From: Thermostichus sp. DRC_bins_24
Lineage (GTDB): Bacteria; Cyanobacteriota; Cyanobacteriia; Thermostichales; Thermostichaceae
Assembly: GCA_039794845.1 (NCBI GenBank)
Contig: JAUQVK010000094.1
Span: forward strand, 1 to 56,973
Length of the DNA stretch: 56,973 bases
Direction of reading: 5' to 3'
Below, piece after piece: positions 1-8,583 of this stretch. Below the pieces are notes generated by a model, which did not search any database, had not been told where the DNA came from, and saw only the letters and a list, made by a program, of their open reading frames with translations. Made by a program: the position numbers and the translations under genes. Positions within the stretch are counted from its first letter, which is position 1. Each line of letters begins with the position of its first letter.

Positions 1-140
1 CGGCGTAACCGGGGAGCCAGATGTTCTCCAGCACCGGGAAGGGTTGCAAACCAACCTGCATCGGGAAGTGCCGTGAAACAACGAGCGATCTTGAGCGTCA
101 GTTCCGTTCAGCGTAGGAGTAACGGCTTTAACTGACCGAT
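1..140 (+). ncRNA. ssrS: Probable 6S RNA, 5' part outside the window
   Basis: Non-coding, nested imperfect pairings around an apical loop near 48 (GGTTG/CAACC, GCAC/GTGC, AGATGTTC/GAGCGATCT, CGGGGAGC/GTTCCG). The symmetry implies a rod of about 180 nt starting before position 1, which fits 6S architecture. Not confirmed with a covariance model. Confidence 0.45.
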
Positions 141-428
141 CAAGGTTTGAAGAAAGATTATGGAAGGTGTAGTCGCACCGTCCTCTGAGGATTTGTTATC
201 GAGAGAAGTACAGGGTGGGGCAAGTCGATATGTTGGTGGACATCAAGTGTCACGCGATACATGGTCGTCTCCCACCCTGCCTCCCGGTCCTGAGGCTGAG
301 CTTACACCCTCTGCTTCAGTCCTGTCCCCCCATAAAAGCGATATAGAGATGCGATGTAGGAAAGAGAAACGAGAAGTGAGTAATGAATCCTCCCCCTCAC
401 TCCTCACTTCTCCATCCTCACTTCTCCA

Positions 429-471
429 CGGCCGGTGCCACGCTGTGAAGGGGGGGAGGGAGCTGTTTCAG
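429..471 (+). repeat. Short dispersed repeat, copy 1
   Basis: CGGCCGGTGCCACGCTGTGAAGGGGGGGAGGGAGCTGTTTCAG is near-identical to 46921-46965. Confidence 0.75.
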
Positions 472-474
472 CCT

Positions 475-697
475 TACAGCCCTTTGCACCCAGTGCACGC
501 TAGTGCATTCGCCCATGGCAGCCTATAGGGCACTGCCAGTCACATGTAATAACTCCTGTAATAACTATGGAGGTTGAGATCTACCCTTTGGAGGGATAGC
601 CCTCCAGGCCCCGCAGAGCGGGAGGGTTGCTCCGCACCTCGCGGAGCGAGAACAGGAAGCGCAAGATCTGTCCTGGAAGACCCGCGCAAGGGCTGTA
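475..697 (+). mobile_element. MITE-like element, copy 1
   Basis: Terminal inverted repeats TACAGCCCTT...AAGGGCTGTA. The internal sequence is shared with copies at 3705, 30377, 30481 and 39934. Confidence 0.8.
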
Positions 698-707
698 ATG
701 GCAATGA

Positions 708-1250
708 CTATACCACCTGGGCAAGTTTTGCCGTCCACTGCTCTACCAGCAGGATCAAGGTTGCTGCCACTGCTGTTCGATCATTAGCGTTCAAAGAAGT
801 GTAGAGGTCTCCATCCCCCAGAACCAGTTGAATGTCCTCCTCCGGCCAAGCGTTGGGGTGATCGGTGTGGGTGATCCCCACTACCATCGGGGCCTGGGAA
901 CGGCTCTGCATAAAGGCTTTGATCTCTCGTGCTGCTTGCATCTGCTTCGGCAGATGAGCCGGCACCAACAGGATGTAGCCGTGAGCACGGCGGATCAGCA
1001 GATCCCACATGAAGTCAAAACGGGCCTGCCCTGGAGTGCCGTAGAGATGAAGCCACATGTCATCTCCCAAACTCAGTCGACCAAAATCCATGGCCACCGT
1101 GGTGTTGGTTTTGAGCTGGGCCGTTTCGTCGGTAGCGCGACGGTCGGTATCTACCACCTCAATTTCGCTAATGCTACGGATAAAGGTGGATTTTCCCGCC
1201 CCCACAGGTCCCGTCACCACTACTCGCATAATGTTCGTGTGCCGCTGCAT
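708..1250 (-). CDS. MglA/CvnD-like small GTPase (ATP/GTP-binding protein)
   Basis: G1 GPVGAGKST, G2 TTVAMDFG, G3 LYGTPGQARFDFMW, G4-like THTD. Confidence 0.9.
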   Translation of the reverse strand: MQRHTNIMRVVVTGPVGAGKSTFIRSISEIEVVDTDRRATDETAQLKTNTTVAMDFGRLSLGDDMWLHLYGTPGQARFDFMWDLLIRRAHGYILLVPAHLPKQMQAAREIKAFMQSRSQAPMVVGITHTDHPNAWPEEDIQLVLGDGDLYTSLNANDRTAVAATLILLVEQWTAKLAQVV

Positions 1251-1265
1251 GGCTTTACTGCCCAA

Positions 1266-1811
1266 CTAATTGGATACACCAGTCGCAATTAAGCGCTTGA
1301 AGAGAGCCTCACTCATGCCGGTTTCCTGTTGAACCGCGGAATAGGCTACCTCAATGTAGGCCTGCTCGATGAAGGAGAGGTCAATCATACAAATTTTGCC
1401 GAGGGATTCTCGTAACGCCTCCGGCTTACCTTCAGTCAGGATCCGTTTGCCCACCTCCTGTACCACGGTGGCCATAGCAGGCACCACATGTTGTGGGCCA
1501 ATCCCGATGCGTACATGCACCAAACCGATTTTCCAACGCCGCTGGGCATAAGCCTCTCCCCAGTCATCCATACCCGTAAACATCTCGGAAAACCAGTCCG
1601 TAAAAGTTGACACCAATCGCTCGCGATTGTGCTTCTGAATCACGGCTGCCATTTCTTCATCTCGATCCAGATAAGCATAAAAACAGCTGGCCATATCAGG
1701 AGCCAAGTGGGCCCCCCATTCAGCATTAGCCTTGAGAATTGCCTTGTCACTATCGGTGAGATCCGTACGACAGATCAAGATGGATAGCAACGCTTTTGGG
1801 TCAATAGCCAT
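1266..1811 (-). CDS. Stand-alone protoglobin / sensor-globin domain protein
   Basis: Globin-coupled-sensor signature RRWKIGLVHVRIGI (proximal His), FYAYL B-helix motif, 181 aa, no output domain. Confidence 0.85.
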   Translation of the reverse strand: MAIDPKALLSILICRTDLTDSDKAILKANAEWGAHLAPDMASCFYAYLDRDEEMAAVIQKHNRERLVSTFTDWFSEMFTGMDDWGEAYAQRRWKIGLVHVRIGIGPQHVVPAMATVVQEVGKRILTEGKPEALRESLGKICMIDLSFIEQAYIEVAYSAVQQETGMSEALFKRLIATGVSN

Positions 1812-1975
1812 GGGAGCCTCTCAAATGTGATTGGGTGTGGTACAAAATAGTAAAAAAATAGTATTTGTCTATCTACTAAAACCATCTCGGTTCACTTTTC
1901 CTCAATTCAAGGGATTGGATCAGCATCAAGTTTCCCTGATCCTGAGGTCTAGAAATCGCTGAAAAACATTCCAGC

Positions 1976-2347
1976 TTATTTAAGAACAAGGGTAATACTT
2001 TCAGTAACGCGCTTAATCTCTAAAAATAAAATCCCCTGCTTAACCTCAGCACTGGCCAAGGTTAACAAAACAGCATCTGGTCCACAGCTGGTCAACACAC
2101 CGTAGCCTTTGTCCCCCTGCACGAAAATCCGCTCGATTTCCCCACGGACTAGTTCTTTACCAATTCGCTCTCCGAGAGACAACATGGCGGCGGACATGGC
2201 AGCGGTTCGCTCCTCATCCAGCCCCGTGGGTAAAACGGATGACAAAGGCAGCCCATCGGGGGTGACCACAGCTGCTCCTTGTACATCTGGAGTACTTGAA
2301 ACAAAATTCTGTAGGATGGGTTGAATCGAGGCGATGTTAACGGTCAT
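1976..2347 (-). CDS. Roadblock/LC7 (MglB-like) protein
   Basis: VQGAAVVTPDGL...AAMSAAMLSLGERI motif, 123 aa. Confidence 0.92.
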   Translation of the reverse strand: MTVNIASIQPILQNFVSSTPDVQGAAVVTPDGLPLSSVLPTGLDEERTAAMSAAMLSLGERIGKELVRGEIERIFVQGDKGYGVLTSCGPDAVLLTLASAEVKQGILFLEIKRVTESITLVLK

Positions 2348-2428
2348 AGCAACTCCTAAAAGAATGAGATCACTAACTGATTGATATCTCTATTAAATGT
2401 ATCTTCATTAAATGGGTGTTCAGAGCCC

Positions 2429-3286
2429 TTATCGGATCCCACGCAAAACCGAGGTAAGACGACTCAGCAAAGAAAGATTAGGGCTAGCTCCCAACTCTGT
2501 GGAGACCGGGCTTGTCTCCCTTTGGGATCCTCTAGAGAGCGGATAGTCCAACCCAACCGAAACCGGGATCAAACCTGGAACCTCCAGTAAAGATTTTTGC
2601 AGCAGGCCAACCTGATGAAGTCGAGTACAAATCTTACGTACTTCCAAGAGATCCTCCTTGAGCTTTTGACTCACAGAGTGAATTCGTAACGGGGAAGTAC
2701 TGAGAACTTCCAGAACCGACCATTCCAGTGGGGCCAACTTGACTAGAGGGATCTCTAAACTTGTGCGCTCTAGAACCTGATCGGGCTGAAGCAAGTTTAT
2801 CTCGCTTGAAGAGCTGTTTTGAATGAACCTTAGCCCCTCAATCACAACATCCATAATGCCTTTGCTATGTCCCGTCATTTCGCCGTAGGGCAACATAGCT
2901 ATGCCGTCGAATTCAAATCCTCCCTCCTCCAGAGCAAAAAGGGGATATACGGCCCGTCTAAGTTGCTGCCGAAATAAGCTGGCTAGGGTTTGGGCAGTAA
3001 TCAATCCCTGACGATGAAGGCATACTCCCAGGGGCTCATTGATGTCACAGCGAGAGGTAAGCTTATCCAGAACACGGTTGGACAGTAACTCCTCCTCCGA
3101 GAGCATCTCCGCCAGGCCCATCTTACGACCGGGTTCTCTGGCAGCAACCACCCGCCCCTGATAGATCCAGATGCGGTGAATGCCATTGGGGCTAGCTACG
3201 GATAGCTGACCCGTCTTGTGCCCCCGCTTTAGGACCTGCATTAAGTCCGTCAGAGAGAAATCCGATAGGTTACCGGTGATAGCCAT
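2429..3286 (-). CDS. DUF4388 (PATAN-like) domain protein with probable C-terminal winged helix
   Basis: N-terminal MAITGNLSDFSLTDLMQVL...KTGQL...IWIYQGRVVAA and the EGGFEF motif. Confidence 0.85.
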   Translation of the reverse strand: MAITGNLSDFSLTDLMQVLKRGHKTGQLSVASPNGIHRIWIYQGRVVAAREPGRKMGLAEMLSEEELLSNRVLDKLTSRCDINEPLGVCLHRQGLITAQTLASLFRQQLRRAVYPLFALEEGGFEFDGIAMLPYGEMTGHSKGIMDVVIEGLRFIQNSSSSEINLLQPDQVLERTSLEIPLVKLAPLEWSVLEVLSTSPLRIHSVSQKLKEDLLEVRKICTRLHQVGLLQKSLLEVPGLIPVSVGLDYPLSRGSQRETSPVSTELGASPNLSLLSRLTSVLRGIR

Positions 3287-3602
3287 TTCTGGTACTGTCC
3301 AATGCTGATTCCAGTATTGAAGGCGTGAAATAAAACACCAATAGTGATAATACGGATTAGCAGCTTACAAAAGTTGTCTTTGATGCTGGAAATGTGAAGT
3401 CTTGCTAAGGTGGCTTAACAGTGTTCGCTCCCTTGGGTCGTAAACTCAGGAATTCCAGGATTCTCTTTTCATCAGAGGGGTGAAGTTGACGCCTATCGTC
3501 TTGAAGACAAAATTAACCCAGTTGCACCTCCCAGGTGCACCAGCACATCAAATAGAATGTAGCTTTTAATACTTATCGAAATATTCTGCAGATTGCTTGA
3601 GG

Positions 3603-3896
3603 CACTGTCGGCGGTTGCTCCCATACCCCATCAGAGGATTTCTCTGTGCGGTCATCCTTGATAGTTCCTCTATCGGATGGATCTATTGGAGATTCGGTAG
3701 AGATTCCGCCCTTGCGCGGGTTTTCTATAGCAGGGATTATGCTTCCTGCTCCCCAGAGGGCCATCCTTCTAGAGAGGGGACTCAACTTCCACAGTTGTTA
3801 CACGTGACTGGCGGTGCCCTATGGACCGCCATGGGCGCAAGGGGCTGTAAACTGCACGGGAGCGACCTTCTCTATCCAACCTTTGGGCCGATGGTG
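3603..3896 (+). promoter_or_regulatory. Candidate structured leader RNA upstream of mgtC
   Basis: 3603-3612 pairs with 3887-3896 and 3613-3622 pairs with 3858-3867 (20 bp, 3 G-U). An additional internal hairpin lies at about 3669-3701. Confidence 0.55.
3705..3849 (-). mobile_element. MITE-like element, copy 2 (inverted, one end eroded)
   Basis: GCCCTTGCGCGGGTTTTCT...CTCAACTTCCACAGTTGTTACACGTGACTGG...GGGGCTGTA is the reverse-complement homolog of 475-697. Confidence 0.78.
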
Positions 3897-4005
3897 ACAC
3901 ACCGACTCTGAGCCCTCGCCTTAAAGAAAAGCTCAAGCATAAACAGCCCTCGAGATAATAACGATAGGATTGCCATGCAAGAATTCTGATGCAGAGAGTT
4001 TTGCT

Positions 4006-4713
4006 ATGCCCCTGTCTTGGCTGGATTTCACCATTCGCCTGGGGGTTGCCTTTACCCTGGGATCCTTAATCGGCCTGGAGCGACAGTGGCGACAACGGAT
4101 GGCCGGCCTACGTACCAATACCCTGGTGGCAACAGGTGCAGCTTTGTTCGTCATGCTCTCGGTTCTCACCCCGGATGAGGGCAGCCCGACCCGCATTGCC
4201 GCCCAGGTGGTATCGGGGGTCGGCTTCTTGGCCGGTGGGGTCATTCTTAAGGAAGGAGCCACTGTACGGGGTCTGAACACCGCAGCCACCATCTGGTGTG
4301 CCGCAGCGGTGGGAGCTTTTTCTGGAGCAGGTTTTTTTCTGCAGGCCACGATTGGCGCCGGGGCGGTGTTGATCTCCAATGTTCTGCTGCGCCCCCTTGG
4401 GTATCGCATCAATCAGCAACCCCTGAAGGGCACAGAACTGGAATTGGTTTACGAGTGCTCCTTTACCTGCAAATGCCATGAGGAAGCCCATGTCCGAGCC
4501 TTGTTGCTGCAGGGGATAGCTCCCAGCCATTTGAAGTTGCGGGCTCTCCACAGCACCGATCTGGAAGAAAAGCCCGATTTGGTGGAAGTGGAGGCCGAAA
4601 TGGTAACCCAAACCCGCGATGACCAGTCTCTGGAGCAGATCGTCAGCCGCCTGAGCTTAGAACCCGGGGTGATCGCTGCCAGTTGGCGGATCATCGAACA
4701 AGAGTTTGGATAG
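4006..4713 (+). CDS. mgtC: MgtC/SapB family protein with C-terminal ACT-like domain
   Basis: IGLERQ, AGLRTNTLV, RIAAQVVSGVGFLAGG and GLNTAATIW motifs. Confidence 0.93.
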   Translation: MPLSWLDFTIRLGVAFTLGSLIGLERQWRQRMAGLRTNTLVATGAALFVMLSVLTPDEGSPTRIAAQVVSGVGFLAGGVILKEGATVRGLNTAATIWCAAAVGAFSGAGFFLQATIGAGAVLISNVLLRPLGYRINQQPLKGTELELVYECSFTCKCHEEAHVRALLLQGIAPSHLKLRALHSTDLEEKPDLVEVEAEMVTQTRDDQSLEQIVSRLSLEPGVIAASWRIIEQEFG

Positions 4714-4740
4714 GGATCCCTTAGAGCCGGCTGCGGAGAT

Positions 4741-5364
4741 TCAGCGGATCAACTCCCAACCTGTCAACAGGGCAAAACCCAAAAACAGGGATCCCCCAAT
4801 CCAATGAACTGCTCTTTCGGAGATATGCGCTGCCAGAAATCGTCCCCCCAGCACCGCGACTCCCACCATCAGGCCGTGCCCAAGGGTTGCCCCTGCTAAG
4901 ACACTGAGTCCGGGATGGGCTGCGGCCAAAGAAATGGTTGCCACTTGGGTTTTGTCTCCTAGCTCTGCCACAGCCGTTAAGGTAAACGCTTCCGAGACAA
5001 TCGCCCAAGCTCCGCCTCGACCTGCCCCTTTTTCTTCTGCTTGCTCCACAAGTTTCAGGGCTTCTTCTTCCTCTTCCAGTTCCTGTTTGGGAGTCATGTT
5101 GTAGGCTTGCCAGAGCATTCTCAGCCCAAAAGCCACAAACACCCCTGTTGAGAGGATCTGCACCCAAACCGCCGGAAACAGGCTGAACAACAACTGCCCC
5201 ACCCCTACTGCCAGCAGCGTCATCATCGCCAAAGCCAGCCAAGCCCCCACAAAGACCCAACGACGTGGATGCCGCATTGCCAAAATCAGGGGGGTGAAAA
5301 AGGTTTTATCCCCAAGCTCCGCTACCGTCACCAGCAGCAAACTCGCCAAAAAACCGGCCCACAT
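4741..5364 (-). CDS. UPF0016/TMEM165/GDT1 family Mn2+ exporter (MneA-like)
   Basis: Two ELGDKT motifs; yybP-ykoY riboswitch upstream. Confidence 0.93.
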   Translation of the reverse strand: MWAGFLASLLLVTVAELGDKTFFTPLILAMRHPRRWVFVGAWLALAMMTLLAVGVGQLLFSLFPAVWVQILSTGVFVAFGLRMLWQAYNMTPKQELEEEEEALKLVEQAEEKGAGRGGAWAIVSEAFTLTAVAELGDKTQVATISLAAAHPGLSVLAGATLGHGLMVGVAVLGGRFLAAHISERAVHWIGGSLFLGFALLTGWELIR

Positions 5365-5465
5365 CTTGTTACCTCCAACCTCTCTTGTGTGCAGAAGGGG
5401 TCACACAGCAGAGCGAGGTTGGAGAAGTCCAAGAGACTCACCAAGCTCACCCCTGCGTGAACTCA

Positions 5466-5581
5466 GTGAAAGTCTCGTCACCAGAAAGCCAAAATCAGCT
5501 GGATTCTGTCTTCTGCACCGGGCTGTTGTTGCCAGTATGTCGATGCAGAGGGCGGCAAACCGCCTGACTACTCCCTTTCAG
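5466..5581 (-). promoter_or_regulatory. yybP-ykoY manganese riboswitch
   Basis: The minus strand reads TGAAAGGGAGTAG...ATCGACATAC...GACGAGACTTTCA. P1 TGAAAG/CTTTCA closes the element and it sits directly upstream of a UPF0016 gene. Confidence 0.88.
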
Positions 5582-5791
5582 ACCTGAATAGTAGCACGCC
5601 AAGCCACAACAGAGAGAAGGTGTTTCATCCTTGCCAAGGGATCCCGTTGCTGGGGTTGGAAGGTCTCTCAGAGGGGTGACGGGTTAGGCCCTTCATCCAT
5701 AAACAGTCCGCCTACTGGGCAACCGATGGGACCGAAAAAAGGACAGCTTAGGTAACCAGGGGAGTTGGGCTAGGTTGGATCCAGTTCTTGT

Positions 5792-6574
5792 GTGGGCTCT
5801 CGGCCGGTGGCCAATTCTTCTTCACAAGTTGCTCTGCCCGATATCCTCACCGGGTTGGAGGAGGCGCTGGGATCCCTGGCGTTGGGGCATGTCCAAGTGC
5901 AGGCGCGCGTTTCCGGACACCGTCTGCTGCTGCGCCTGGAGGGGGATCCCCTACCCGAGCCGGATCCCTTATTGGCCGCTCTAGCGCCTACGTTGGAACA
6001 GATCGCTTCGGCTCAGGGGCATCGCCATGTGGAGCTGTTTGGCTTTCTGACCAACGAAGGGATCCCGGAATGGCACCGAGAGTGGCAGTGGCAGGTTCAA
6101 CCCAACCCCGATGGCCCTCTTTACCGTGCCCGACAGGGGGATGTGGAGGCGATTCACTATTTGTTGAACTACCTATTGCGCCCAGAAGGGATCCAAGCCC
6201 GGGTTCATCTCAATCGCAAGCTGGGCCTATTGCAGATCAACTTGCAAGCCGCAGAACCACCGGATCCTGCTTGGGCAAAAGACTTTGTTCGGCGCACCCT
6301 CGCCCGTTTGGAGTTGGGCTTTTTGCAACGGCTACGGCTTTCCGGTCAAAAAATCGGCTCGTTTCTCCCGGCTTGGAGTCAAGAATTTGATCTAAAACAG
6401 GCCGGCTTTTGGCAAGCCCCCAGGGTTCGCCCGACTTCTCCAAAACCCCTGACGGATCCCCTCCCAGAGCCAGAGCAGCCAGCAGCCTTCACCCCTAGTC
6501 TGGGTCCCTCTGAGAAAGGACAAACCCACCCGGAGGATGCGCCGCCCACCCGTGAGGATCCCTCACCCCCCTAA
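5792..6574 (+). CDS. Hypothetical cyanobacterial protein with Pro-rich C-terminus (start uncertain)
   Basis: 260-aa ORF filling the gap before fmt on the same strand. Confidence 0.7.
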   Translation: MGSRPVANSSSQVALPDILTGLEEALGSLALGHVQVQARVSGHRLLLRLEGDPLPEPDPLLAALAPTLEQIASAQGHRHVELFGFLTNEGIPEWHREWQWQVQPNPDGPLYRARQGDVEAIHYLLNYLLRPEGIQARVHLNRKLGLLQINLQAAEPPDPAWAKDFVRRTLARLELGFLQRLRLSGQKIGSFLPAWSQEFDLKQAGFWQAPRVRPTSPKPLTDPLPEPEQPAAFTPSLGPSEKGQTHPEDAPPTREDPSPP

Positions 6575-6604
6575 ACTGAAGGACGATTCTCCTTCTGTGC
6601 AGCC

Positions 6605-7573
6605 ATGCGGATTGTCTTTTTCGGTACGCCAGCATTTGCCCTGCCCTCTCTGCAGATCCTCCTGCAACGACCGGAGTTCGAAGTGGTGGGGCTGGTTTGT
6701 CAGCCGGATCGGCCCCAGGGGCGGGGGCAGAAGGTGATCCCCCCCGTTACAAAAGTCTTGGCACAGTCCTATGGGATCCCGATTTGGCAGCCGACTCGTT
6801 TACGGCGGGATGCAGATGTGTTAGCAGCCTTGAGCTCTTCAGCAGCCGATGCGTTTGTGGTGGTGGCCTATGGCCAGATTTTGCCCCCAACCGTGTTGCA
6901 AATGCCGCGGTTGGGTTGTGTGAATGTGCACGGATCCCTGTTGCCTGCCTACCGGGGGGCGGCACCGATTCAGTGGGCCATTGCCCATGGAGAAACCGAA
7001 ACAGGGATCACCACCATGCTCATGGATGAGGGCATGGATACAGGGGCGATGTTGCTCAAGGCCAGCCTGCCGATTGGGCCCGACCAGACGAGCGTAGAAT
7101 TGGCACCCCAATTGGCCCAACTGGGGGCAGAACTCTTGGTGGAAACCCTGTTGAAACTGGAAAAAGGAGAATTGACCCCGATTCCCCAAGAGGGATCCCT
7201 GGCCAGCTATGCGCCCTTGTTGAAAAAGCAAGATTTTCTTCTGGATTGGAGCCGCCCCGCTCAAGCCCTGCACAATCAAATTCGTGCCTTCTCCCCTCAG
7301 TGCTTCACGGGTTTGGGGGGGCAACGGCTCAAGATCATCCGTTCCGGCTCACCCCAACTGTATCCTCCTCCTCCAGAAATGCCCAAAGGGAACCCCGGAG
7401 AAGTGGTGGGCTTGGCCAAGGGAGAAGGGGTTTACGTGGCAACGGGGGAGGGATCCCTGTTGATTCAACGGGCCCAACTTCCCGGCAAAAAGGAACAGTC
7501 GGCTTGGGACTTGGTCAATGGAGGGCGGCTGGGGGTGGGCATGTGTTTCGAGGTGCCCACGGATTTTTCATAA
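6605..7573 (+). CDS. fmt: Methionyl-tRNA formyltransferase
   Basis: MRIVFFGTPAFA, QPDRPQGRG and NVHGSLLPAYRGAAPIQW. Confidence 0.97.
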   Translation: MRIVFFGTPAFALPSLQILLQRPEFEVVGLVCQPDRPQGRGQKVIPPVTKVLAQSYGIPIWQPTRLRRDADVLAALSSSAADAFVVVAYGQILPPTVLQMPRLGCVNVHGSLLPAYRGAAPIQWAIAHGETETGITTMLMDEGMDTGAMLLKASLPIGPDQTSVELAPQLAQLGAELLVETLLKLEKGELTPIPQEGSLASYAPLLKKQDFLLDWSRPAQALHNQIRAFSPQCFTGLGGQRLKIIRSGSPQLYPPPPEMPKGNPGEVVGLAKGEGVYVATGEGSLLIQRAQLPGKKEQSAWDLVNGGRLGVGMCFEVPTDFS

Positions 7574-7636
7574 CTTCAATAAACTTCATAACCTGAACTT
7601 AGGGAATCCCCTTTGCGCTGCTCAAATCTTTGGAGC

Positions 7637-7870
7637 TCACTCTTTTTCAGGGCCCATCACATAGCAACCTTGCTGACGAAACAGCTGCTCCAAGGGCCAA
7701 AGGCAGTGGCCACAGCGGATCCCAGACTGACAATGCACCCGCATCGCCTCCTCGAAAGGCAAGGGATCCCGTTGCTGGCGGCTGAGGATCTCGGCGTGCT
7801 CGGTTTCACTGCAGTAGCAGTAGGCGGGTCGGCGAGGGGGTGGGCGGCGACGGGAGGCAGAGAGGGTCAT
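7637..7870 (-). CDS. Small BFD-like [2Fe-2S]-binding protein
   Basis: CYC...CGHC spacing typical of BFD-type ferredoxins; starts 14 bp after the ferritin-like gene. Confidence 0.65.
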   Translation of the reverse strand: MTLSASRRRPPPRRPAYCYCSETEHAEILSRQQRDPLPFEEAMRVHCQSGIRCGHCLWPLEQLFRQQGCYVMGPEKE

Positions 7871-7884
7871 GGGCAGGCTGTTTT

Positions 7885-8583
7885 TTAGCTTGAGAGGGTC
7901 GCCAGTTTGCGGTTGAATGCCGCGATCGCCTTCGATTCCAGCTCCGCCACCTGGAGGGCGTAGTGACGGGCGCGGGCCTTTTGTTCATCAGTGACGCAGT
8001 AGCGGCTCAAAATCTGACGGCCCAAGTTGAGGTGAAAGCGCTCATCCGGCATGATCTTGCGCATCGTCTTCTGCAGATCGGGCGGCAAATGGGGCAAAAT
8101 GCTCTCGAAACTGCGGCAAGCCCCCGATTCTCCGGCCAAGTTGTGGGCGGCCAAGCGGGAAATGGTATCCGTCAGGGATCCATAGAAAGTTTCCACCCAA
8201 GCTTTGATCTCCGGGATCGGCTCCCACTCCTGTAAAGAAGCCCCCATCGCCTCCAAATGGCGGTTCAACCAGCGAAAATGGTTACTCTCATCCTCAATCT
8301 GATGACAGAGCAGCACCAGGGCGTCGGTTTCCGGCGTATTCTGCAGCCACTTGCTGATGAACAGAATCGCTTGATATTCGTAGTAGGTTTGGAAGCTGAG
8401 CCACTCCACCAGGCGCTCCCGTCCCCAGGGCCGGATCTCTGCTTCCGGCGGGGCAAAGGCTTGTTCGCGGGCTTCTGTAAGGGCGCGGTTCCGGTGAGCC
8501 TCAAGTTCCGCCTCGATCTCCTGCACAAAGGTCGCCCAGTTGTAGGCGCTGGCTACATCCTCTGGAGATAAAGTTGCCGTCAT
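7885..8583 (-). CDS. Ferritin-like (carboxylate-bridged diiron) domain protein
   Basis: E...ExxH...E...ExxH pattern: YYEYQA, DESNH, AGESGA, DERFH. Confidence 0.8.
   Translation of the reverse strand: MTATLSPEDVASAYNWATFVQEIEAELEAHRNRALTEAREQAFAPPEAEIRPWGRERLVEWLSFQTYYEYQAILFISKWLQNTPETDALVLLCHQIEDESNHFRWLNRHLEAMGASLQEWEPIPEIKAWVETFYGSLTDTISRLAAHNLAGESGACRSFESILPHLPPDLQKTMRKIMPDERFHLNLGRQILSRYCVTDEQKARARHYALQVAELESKAIAAFNRKLATLSS

Noticed and set aside
160..528. 122-aa ORF
   Set aside because: It runs through short CTCACTT-type repeats, a dispersed repeat and a MITE end, with no recognisable domain.
3595..3920. Canonical ykoK/M-box call
   Set aside because: Only TGAGGC resembles it and the other conserved motifs are not evident, so it is kept as an unnamed candidate.
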